DNA of 64,000 bases from an uncultured Thermoplasmata archaeon (lineage in GTDB: Archaea; Thermoplasmatota; Thermoplasmata; RBG-16-68-12), in assembly GCA_963768855.1 (NCBI GenBank), contig CAVYJM010000012.1:1-64000 (forward strand). Reading direction: 5' to 3'. A model generated the notes under the pieces. That model was not told the DNA's origin and made no database searches. It saw only the letters and a program-made list of their open reading frames with translations. The position numbers and the translations under genes were made by a program. How positions within the stretch are numbered: position 1 is the first letter of the stretch; the number at the start of each line of letters is the position of its first letter. Below, one piece after another: positions 57,138-64,000 of the stretch.

Positions 57138-58448
57138 ATGGAAATCGAGAAGGTCAAGGAGAAGGTGATGGAGGGCCGGCCGGGCTTCACCCGGCAGTAC
57201 GGGCCGTCCCGCTCGGACCACCAGCCGGGAATCCCCTTCTTCCCCCAGGAGATCACCCGCGACGTGGTCGTCTCCTTCCTGCTCATCGCGATCCTCTTCT
57301 TCCTGACGGCCGCCGTCGTGCCCGCCCTGGGGCCGCCGCGGGCGGAGAACCTCTCCGAGCTCATCGTGCCGGACTGGTACCTCCTGTTCTCCTGGGGCCT
57401 CCTGAAGATCGGCGACATCTTCCCGAGCTTCATCCTCGGAGCGGGGACGCCCCTCGAGACCCAGTTCAACGCGGCGTTCTGGGGGGACATCCTCAGCGGC
57501 ATCCCGGTCATCTTCCTCCTGGTCCTGCCGTTCCTGGATCGCGGCCGCGAGGCGCGTCCCGCGAAGGCACCGTTCCGGTCCGCCCTCGGGATCTCCTTCC
57601 TGCTCGTCTGGACGTTCTCCGCCTCCCTGTACGCAATCCGCGAGGTCATCGAGCAGCGGTGGCAGAGCCCGAACGGGGCGACCCTGTTCCCGGACGACGC
57701 CCTGAAATGGCTCTTCGTCCTGCCCGCCGTCCTGGCCTTCTTCGCGACCTACATCGCGCTGCGGCGCCTCGGGTTCCAGCCGATGCGCAAGTGGCTTGTG
57801 CCTGCGACGGTCCTGCCTTTCCTGGTCGTGGCGGCGCAGTCCCTCCTCATCCTGTTCGTGCCCGGCTGGCTCGGCCCGGAGGTCATGCCGTACTGGCTTC
57901 AGCTCGCGATCGGCCTGCTCATCCTGTGCGCCGCGACCGGGGCGACCGCCCTTGCGGTCCTCGTCCTCCCCGAATCGACCGCGCGGCGCGTCGTGCATTG
58001 GGTCGGCGGGCTGACCCTGCTGGCCTTCGTCGGCTATCTGGTCGGCCTCTACTACACGAGCTACCTCGGATACATGTGGGTCGCCACGGTCCTCGACCCG
58101 AACTTCAACACGCTCATCCTGCTCCCCGGGTTCGCGGTCGTCACGGCGTGGTTCGGCCTGCGGCGGCCGTACAGCTCCTACGAGTACCTGCTCAATGAGT
58201 GCTACCAGTGCGGCAAGTGCCACACGGTCTGCCCCGTCACGAAGGTGGAGGACGACGCACTCGGCGGCCTGAACCTCGTCTACAACAGCTTCAAGAAGCA
58301 GCACGACGGCGTCCCACTCTGGACGTGCCTCGCGTGCGACGCGTGTAGCGCGGTGTGCCCGCTCGACATCAAGTACAGCGACTACATCCTCGAGGAACGT
58401 TCGAAGGTCCACGCCCGGGCGGCGGCGGACGGAGGTGAACCGAAATGA
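57138..58448 (+). CDS. petD: cytochrome b subunit IV (PetD-like) fused to about 5 extra TM helices and an HdrC-like 2x[4Fe-4S] domain
   Basis: PFFP, PDWYLL (PEWY variant), LVLPFLDR; about 8 TM in total; C-terminal CYQCGKCHTVCP and CLACDACSAVCP. Confidence 0.85.
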   Translation: MEIEKVKEKVMEGRPGFTRQYGPSRSDHQPGIPFFPQEITRDVVVSFLLIAILFFLTAAVVPALGPPRAENLSELIVPDWYLLFSWGLLKIGDIFPSFILGAGTPLETQFNAAFWGDILSGIPVIFLLVLPFLDRGREARPAKAPFRSALGISFLLVWTFSASLYAIREVIEQRWQSPNGATLFPDDALKWLFVLPAVLAFFATYIALRRLGFQPMRKWLVPATVLPFLVVAAQSLLILFVPGWLGPEVMPYWLQLAIGLLILCAATGATALAVLVLPESTARRVVHWVGGLTLLAFVGYLVGLYYTSYLGYMWVATVLDPNFNTLILLPGFAVVTAWFGLRRPYSSYEYLLNECYQCGKCHTVCPVTKVEDDALGGLNLVYNSFKKQHDGVPLWTCLACDACSAVCPLDIKYSDYILEERSKVHARAAADGGEPK

Positions 58449-59419
58449 TGACCACCGACGAGACGGAGTACGGGCCGGGGCGGACGATCCCCCACCCGAT
58501 GCTCTTCCGCGTGCTGGACAGCGAGGCGGAGGACACGACGGTCCCGGAGATCAAGGTCGAGCACAAGTCCGAGTTCGCGTACTACCCGGGCTGCGTCGAC
58601 TACTACGACATGGAGATGCAGTTCTCCCACGCAAACTACGGGGACACGAACCACGGGATCATCTTCGACTCCTCGATCAAGCTCCTGCGCGCGGTCGGGA
58701 TCGAGCCGATGATCCTGGACCGGTCCTTCATGAAGTGCTGCGGCCACGACCAGCTGTGGCAGGGCAAGGTCGACGTCTTCGAGCGGATGCGGGACTACAA
58801 CACGAAGATCATCCAGATGCTCGGCGTGAAGACCTTCATCACCTCCTGCGCGGAGGGCTACCGGACGTTCAAGCTCGACTACAAGCTGCCCGGCGTCCGG
58901 GTGGTGCACATCACCCAGATCCTCTACGAGCGCGGCCTGCGCGTGCCGCCCCAGGGGGACAACGCCAAGAAGATCCGTGTGGCCTACCAGGACCCGTGCC
59001 GATCCTGCCGCCAGATGCCCGTGGACCCCGTCTACGAGGAGCCGCGGGAACTCATCAAACGCGTCGACAACGCGGAGCTCGTCGAGCTCAAGACGTTCCG
59101 CGCGGACGCCCAGTGCTGCGGCGTCGCGCAGATGATGTACTGCAACGACAAGACGAAGGGCCTGACCCGCAAGCGGATGGACGAGGCCGACGAGGTCGGG
59201 GCGGACTACCTGCTGACGGCCTGTCCGAAATGCCTCACGCACTTCGGCTGCCTCCACCACGAGAACAAGTGGAAGCCCGGCGAGGAGCGCCAGAACTACC
59301 GGGTGATGGACATCACCCAGTTCCTCGCGGAGCGCCTCCCCGGCGACTACCCGTCCGGCAGCAACGTCGACGCGAAGCGCAAGGAGCCGCCGCTTCCGGG
59401 CCGGAAGGGAGGCTGGTGA
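58445..59419 (+). CDS. CCG-domain iron-sulfur protein (HdrB/HdrD/GlcF-like)
   Basis: YYPGC...KCCG...TSCAEG and YQDPC...QCCG...TACPKC: two CCG domains; overlaps upstream gene by 4 nt. Confidence 0.88.
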   Translation: MMTTDETEYGPGRTIPHPMLFRVLDSEAEDTTVPEIKVEHKSEFAYYPGCVDYYDMEMQFSHANYGDTNHGIIFDSSIKLLRAVGIEPMILDRSFMKCCGHDQLWQGKVDVFERMRDYNTKIIQMLGVKTFITSCAEGYRTFKLDYKLPGVRVVHITQILYERGLRVPPQGDNAKKIRVAYQDPCRSCRQMPVDPVYEEPRELIKRVDNAELVELKTFRADAQCCGVAQMMYCNDKTKGLTRKRMDEADEVGADYLLTACPKCLTHFGCLHHENKWKPGEERQNYRVMDITQFLAERLPGDYPSGSNVDAKRKEPPLPGRKGGW

Positions 59420-60030
59420 TGGCCGCTCCGGCCGCAACCGCCAACCCACCCCCCGCGACGCCTCCGCAGCCGGCGCCTCCGTCCAAGCCGGCGACACCCG
59501 CCCCCGCGGCGCCCCCGGCTCCTTCCGATCCGCTCGTGGCCTACTACCGTTCCGTGCGGCAGATGAACTGGGATCTCGCCAAGCAGCGTTTCAAGGACCT
59601 CGGCGTCAAGGCGCGGACCCAGGAGTACATCCGCGGCCGCGGCACGACCGCGATCGTGGACGACGAGGTCTGCATGGGCTGCATGCACTGCTTCGACAAC
59701 TGCGCCTTCGAGGCGATCAGCGCGCTCGACCGGAAGTTCTCCCTGCCCGACTACACGTACACGTCGCGCAAGGCGACGATCATCGTGGAGAACTGCGTCG
59801 GGTGCGAGAAATGCGCGATCGTCTGCCCCGTCGACGCGATCAACATGATCACGAAGTTCGGCTTCGAGAGCCGCGAGGGCAAGGTCGTCGAGATCGAGAA
59901 GCCCGCTCCGCCGAAGCCCCTCGCGCCCCCCGCGCCGCCCGCCGCGCCCCCGGCGAAGCCCGCGGGCCCCCCGCAGGCCCCGCCCAAGCCCGCCCCGCCG
60001 CCGACCCCCGCCCCGAAGGGAGGCGCCTAG
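59419..60030 (+). CDS. 2x[4Fe-4S] ferredoxin with Pro/Ala-rich termini
   Basis: CMGCMHCFDNC and CVGCEKCAIVCP; PAPP-rich N- and C-tails; TGATG coupling. Confidence 0.88.
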   Translation: MAAPAATANPPPATPPQPAPPSKPATPAPAAPPAPSDPLVAYYRSVRQMNWDLAKQRFKDLGVKARTQEYIRGRGTTAIVDDEVCMGCMHCFDNCAFEAISALDRKFSLPDYTYTSRKATIIVENCVGCEKCAIVCPVDAINMITKFGFESREGKVVEIEKPAPPKPLAPPAPPAAPPAKPAGPPQAPPKPAPPPTPAPKGGA

Positions 60031-60366
60031 GTGGCCTCCGCGGCCGAGGGATCCGGGACGAGCCCGGTCGTCAAGGCCCGGAAGGCGCCCCGCCTCACGT
60101 ACAAGCAGGAGATCCAGACGATCCAGAACATGCCGCGGGTCCAGCGCTTCATCGTCGTCATGAAGATCGCGGGCGTCTTCCTCGTCGCGATCGGCATTGA
60201 GGGGATCGTGACGGCCACGTGGTGGATGGCGGTCCTCTTCATCCCGCTCGGGGTGGTCGTGTCCATGATGCCCATCAAGATCCGCACGGACCGCTGCATC
60301 GCCTGCCGGACGCCTCTGGCGCCGGGGGCGTCGATTTGTCCCGCTTGCGGAGCTCCTCAGATGTAG
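60031..60366 (+). CDS. small 2-TM protein with C-terminal zinc ribbon
   Basis: Two TM helices, then RCIACRTPLAPGASICPACG. Confidence 0.7.
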   Translation: MASAAEGSGTSPVVKARKAPRLTYKQEIQTIQNMPRVQRFIVVMKIAGVFLVAIGIEGIVTATWWMAVLFIPLGVVVSMMPIKIRTDRCIACRTPLAPGASICPACGAPQM

Positions 60367-60478
60367 GCGGGGTTCCGCAAACCTTGAAGTACCCGACGGC
60401 GATGACCGTCCGCTTCCCGGCGGATATCGCCATCGCCACGACTCGGCCCTACGCCCGTCGGGAGGAGGGCCGGCCCCC

Positions 60479-60991
60479 TTGACCACTGATACGTCGGACG
60501 CCATTCATCTCGCCGAACGGTGGAAGGGACTCGACCTCCGGTTGCTGCCGATCGACGAGGTGGACGTCCGGATCCTCAGCCGCCTCCGCGAGAACGCACG
60601 CCTCTCGAATGTGGAAATCGCCCGCGAGCTGGCGATTTCCGAAGCCACGATTCGCCGGCGGATCAAGGCCCTCGAGGAGAAGGGGATCATCCAGGGCTAC
60701 TCCTGCTACCTGAACTACCAGCTCATCGAGAATCCGGTCAAGGCGTACGTGAACCTGGCCCTGGAGCCTGGGCAGCGCGAGAGCGTCGTCGCGAAGGTGA
60801 CCGCCCACCCGCGTGCGGTCGCGGTCTACCGCGTCACGGGGGAGCACGACGTGCTGTGCGTCATGTTCTTCATCGACATGTCCGAGCTCCACGAGTTCCT
60901 GGACCGGTACCTGCAGATGCCGGGCATCCGCCACGTGGAGACCCAGATCGTCCTGAGCCCGTACAAGGGCGTCCCCTGGACCGGCGTTTGA
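60479..60991 (+). CDS. Lrp/AsnC family transcription regulator
   Basis: IDEVDVRILSRLRENARLSNVEIARELAISEATIRRRIKALEEKGII HTH; VTGEHDVL RAM domain. Confidence 0.92.
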   Translation: MTTDTSDAIHLAERWKGLDLRLLPIDEVDVRILSRLRENARLSNVEIARELAISEATIRRRIKALEEKGIIQGYSCYLNYQLIENPVKAYVNLALEPGQRESVVAKVTAHPRAVAVYRVTGEHDVLCVMFFIDMSELHEFLDRYLQMPGIRHVETQIVLSPYKGVPWTGV

Positions 60992-60994
60992 ACC

Positions 60995-62425
60995 TCACGG
61001 CCGGACGAGCGGTTCGAGGACGTGCGCGGAGTCGAACCGCAGCTTGATCTCCCGCAGGAACCGCATCCGTTCGAGGTAGGCGGGATCCTCATTCCAGAGG
61101 TGCGCCAGGCGAGAGACGAGGACCGCTCCGGGGATCTTCTCGACGACCCGCACCACGCCCTTCGAGAGGTCGTACATGTGCGACCGGTCCTTGGGATGGT
61201 CGAAGAAGGGGAACGCGGAGAAGGTGCCGGACGCACGGAGGGTGCCGTAGAATCCGACCTTCGAGGCGACCTGCTGGCCGAGCGCCTTCAGGCGCGTCGC
61301 GAGGTCTCCCGCCGAGGCGGTCGGGAGTCGGACCTCCCCGACGAACAGGCTCCGCTCCGCGCGCTTCGCTGCCTTGTCGTACTCCGTCGCGGGGACGTCG
61401 AACGGGTTCGGGACCTCCGCGGACTTGACCTTGAAGCCGGCCAGCGCCGCGTCGAGCGCCTTCTCCCGGCCGGGGAGGCCCGAGGCGGTGCCCGCCAGGG
61501 CCACTTGGACCGTGAACGGGTCCGGGACGATTCCGGGCCGCAGAACGCCCGCCGCCACGGCGTCCGTGACGTGGACCCACGGGACGCGCTGTCCCGTCCG
61601 GGAGAGCTTGTCGAGTGCCGCGGAGAGCTTCGCCGGGTCATCGAAGGTGTAGGTGAGCGTCTTGCGGGCGGGAGGCTTCGGCGCCAGCCGCAGGGCCACC
61701 TCCACGGGCACGTAGAACTCCGCGGCGAGCGGGAGGGTCGCGTGGAGGACGTCGTATCCGGTCCCGTTGTTCGAGGCTGCCTCGAACCCGACCCGCGTCC
61801 GGTGGCCGTAGGCGGAGATCGTCCGCAGGGCGTTCACGTAGGCGCCGAACTCCCCGTCGAAGGCGGCGAGGGGCGCGTCCCCCCAGACCGCGTCGCCGAT
61901 TGCGAAGCCGAGCGGGACGGTCGGCACCACCGGAAGGAGGTGCCCCTTCGCGAGGGCTTCGTCGTACAGGCGCTTCCAAGGGAGGCCGACCTGCGCGATC
62001 GCCGCGTGTCCCTTCTCGGTGAGCTCGAGCCCGGTGTACGCAGAGAAGTCGACCTGCACGCCGCGTTGCTCGGGGACGAGCCAGTCGAACGTCAGGAGGG
62101 TGTGCGGCTTCACCGTGAGTCCGATCTCGCGGTCCTTCCCGACGCCGAGCTGCGTGCGGAAGTAGTTGTAGTCCGCGGCGTCGAGCCCGAGGTTCAGCGT
62201 GCTCTCGGAGCCGTTCAGGACCTGGATCAGCTTCCGCAGGTCCGCGTCGTCCTTGACCTTGACCGTAACCGCGGGCGTGCGCGTCAGGTCGGCGATGATC
62301 TCCCGCGGCAGGACCCGGTCGTTCCGAACGAACAGGGCGTGGATGAGCGCCTCGCGGATCATCTCCGAAAGGGCGGGGATCTCCGTGGCGGCCTCGATGT
62401 AGTTCCAGTCGCGCAGGAGTCCCAT
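60995..62425 (-). CDS. divergent FAD-binding PCMH-type (GlcD/GlcE-like) oxidoreductase subunit
   Basis: AQVGLPWKRL, GYDV, C-terminal IKLRFDSAHVLEP; the glycine-rich FAD loop is not recognisable. Confidence 0.6.
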   Translation of the reverse strand: MGLLRDWNYIEAATEIPALSEMIREALIHALFVRNDRVLPREIIADLTRTPAVTVKVKDDADLRKLIQVLNGSESTLNLGLDAADYNYFRTQLGVGKDREIGLTVKPHTLLTFDWLVPEQRGVQVDFSAYTGLELTEKGHAAIAQVGLPWKRLYDEALAKGHLLPVVPTVPLGFAIGDAVWGDAPLAAFDGEFGAYVNALRTISAYGHRTRVGFEAASNNGTGYDVLHATLPLAAEFYVPVEVALRLAPKPPARKTLTYTFDDPAKLSAALDKLSRTGQRVPWVHVTDAVAAGVLRPGIVPDPFTVQVALAGTASGLPGREKALDAALAGFKVKSAEVPNPFDVPATEYDKAAKRAERSLFVGEVRLPTASAGDLATRLKALGQQVASKVGFYGTLRASGTFSAFPFFDHPKDRSHMYDLSKGVVRVVEKIPGAVLVSRLAHLWNEDPAYLERMRFLREIKLRFDSAHVLEPLVRP

Positions 62426-62426
62426 C

Positions 62427-63917
62427 CTAATCCGCCTCCTTGCCCCGCTCGTACGATCGCACGAACTTGTCCTGGGTCGGCTTGATCCTCCGCAAGAACG
62501 CGGCGAGGTCGAGACCGATTCGCATCGCCGGCGGCGGGATGGCCCGGATCCCCGGGAACTGGTACTTCGTCCACACCTCGATCGTCTTCCCCGGGTTCAC
62601 CTTCCGCTTCGGGTCGAAGACATCCTTGACGTACGCGGTGTAAAGGGCCGCGCGGCCGTGCATCGTCCGGAGGTTGAAGACCATGAAGAGGCCGAGCCCC
62701 ATCGGGTGGCCGCCGAGCTCGAAGGCGGCGTCCCCCATCTTCTTCACGTATCCGAGGGCCGTGCCGCCGCTGGGCACCGTGTCGTCCATCAGGACGTAGG
62801 GCGCGAGGATCACGGAGGTCGCGTCGATGGGGTGCGCCTGGACCGCGCCGTTGAGCTTCATCTTGCGGATCAGCTCCCGCGCTGTGTCGCAGGCCTCCGG
62901 GAGCTTCGCGAGCGGGACCACGTTGTTCGCGACGATCAGGCCGCGGCTCATCCGCCGCGCGCTGTACATCCGGAACCGGTGCTCCCAGAGCGCGTCGGGC
63001 TCCGCCTGGGGGCGCTTCGTCCCCTGGTTCTTCGGCGCGAGAGCGTCGAGGGTCTTCTCCTGGTCCGCGACGTCGTCCTTCGGCCCGGCGAGGCACACGA
63101 GGACCAGGTCGGCCGGCTCGGGCGTGTCCGTGCGCAGCGCCCTCTCGAACACGAAGTGATCCTTGTCGAGCAGGGAGATGTGGTACGCCTGGATCCCTGA
63201 GTCGACGACCGCCTGGAGGAAGGTCGCGGCCGCCTTCAGGGTCGGGAAGGCGTACGCGACGGGTTTCATCAGATCGGGTTTCGGGTCCAGCCGGAGGGTC
63301 GCGGCGGTCAGGACGCCGAGCGTCCCCTCCGCCCCGAAGAAGAGCGGCGTCAGGTCCGCGAACTGGCCCCCCGCGTCGCGCGCGAGCGCGGTGCGGAGGA
63401 CCCGGTTGTCCGGCAGGACGACCTCGAGGTCGCGGACGACCTGGCGGAGCGCTCCGTTGCGGAAGGCGCCGAAGCCGACCACGTCGCTGTTGATCGCGCC
63501 TCCCACCGTGCTCGCCATCGCGTTCGTCGGCATGGAGGGGAGGGTGAGTCCGCGCGCCTCGACGTACTCGGCGACGTCCTGCCAGGTCGCACCCGCCTCG
63601 ACGGTCACCGTGCGCGCCTGCGGGTCGAAGGCGCGGATCTTGTTCATCTTGCGGAGGTCGATCAGGACGCCGCCCCGGTTCGGGACCGATCCGCCGTACC
63701 AGCCCGTCCCGCCGCCCCGCGGGACGATCGGGAGGCCCGACTCGTCGCTGAGCTTCACGATCGCCGCGACCTCTTCCGTGGTCTGCGGCAGGACGACGAA
63801 GTCCGGGTAGAGGCGCCACTGCAGGAGCGCAATCTTGGGGAGGGAGGCGAAGTCGTGGCTGTAGACCATCCGGTCAAACTCGGTCCGGGAGACGCGCTCG
63901 GGACCGAGGGTGTTCAC
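62427..63917 (-). CDS. FAD-linked oxidoreductase (GlcD / D-lactate dehydrogenase family)
   Basis: PDFVVLPQTTEEV, VPRGGGTGWYGG, VTVEAG, TVGGAIN, FFGAEGTLGV, VFDPKRKVNPGK; frame stays open upstream (LANTDYAYRRL), so the true start may be near 63950-63958. Confidence 0.88.
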   Translation of the reverse strand: MNTLGPERVSRTEFDRMVYSHDFASLPKIALLQWRLYPDFVVLPQTTEEVAAIVKLSDESGLPIVPRGGGTGWYGGSVPNRGGVLIDLRKMNKIRAFDPQARTVTVEAGATWQDVAEYVEARGLTLPSMPTNAMASTVGGAINSDVVGFGAFRNGALRQVVRDLEVVLPDNRVLRTALARDAGGQFADLTPLFFGAEGTLGVLTAATLRLDPKPDLMKPVAYAFPTLKAAATFLQAVVDSGIQAYHISLLDKDHFVFERALRTDTPEPADLVLVCLAGPKDDVADQEKTLDALAPKNQGTKRPQAEPDALWEHRFRMYSARRMSRGLIVANNVVPLAKLPEACDTARELIRKMKLNGAVQAHPIDATSVILAPYVLMDDTVPSGGTALGYVKKMGDAAFELGGHPMGLGLFMVFNLRTMHGRAALYTAYVKDVFDPKRKVNPGKTIEVWTKYQFPGIRAIPPPAMRIGLDLAAFLRRIKPTQDKFVRSYERGKEAD

Positions 63918-64000
63918 GAGGCGGCGGTATGCGTAATCGGTGTTCGCCAGACTCCCATCTCCAAGCCGCGGGCGTCCGTAACCCCATGGCCCTGATAAAG

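Noticed and set aside
57138-59419. Evidence for methanogenesis from Hdr-like domains
   Set aside because: CCG and HdrC-like domains are widespread in non-methanogens; no mcr, mtr or methyltransferase genes are in the window.

Overview
High-GC (about two-thirds G+C by eye) archaeal chromosomal DNA, most consistent with a Thermoplasmatota lineage (inference from TATA-box promoters, the A1Ao ATP synthase operon H-I-K-E-C-F-A-B-D, arcS, nreA, DUF835, UPF0282 and two CCA-less tRNA genes). No CRISPR array, rRNA, transposase or integrase is visible. Most very long ORFs in the six-frame track are antisense shadows. At least eight genes or sites, including the essential atpA, are broken by indels that are almost all single-base insertions. 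This points to consensus-sequence error, and it hides several real genes. Two systems stand out. (1) At 41724-45768, two tandem Rab-like small GTPases (G1-G5 plus RabF-like motifs) lie directly upstream of a ~886-aa single-pass surface protein, split in the track by three frameshifts, whose cytoplasmic tail looks like a longin-fold domain. This is a candidate receptor-longin/Rab-like signalling module outside Asgard archaea. (2) At 54639-60366 there is a Rieske/cytochrome b (b6-type, split, with the heme-ci Cys motif) operon. It has a blue-copper protein instead of cytochrome c, a subunit IV fused to extra helices and an HdrC-like 2x[4Fe-4S] domain, a CCG-domain protein and a ferredoxin. It is divergent from the ATP synthase operon and next to a GlcD-like FAD oxidoreductase pair. 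Also notable: a secreted-domain/TM/GNAT + SelO-like kinase-fold + helical-repeat operon, an unannotated 44-aa membrane ORF coupled to atpD, a repeated TGATAATCA operator around a GvpD/KaiC-like ATPase and tandem wHTH regulators, and two small ORFs below the track cut-off.
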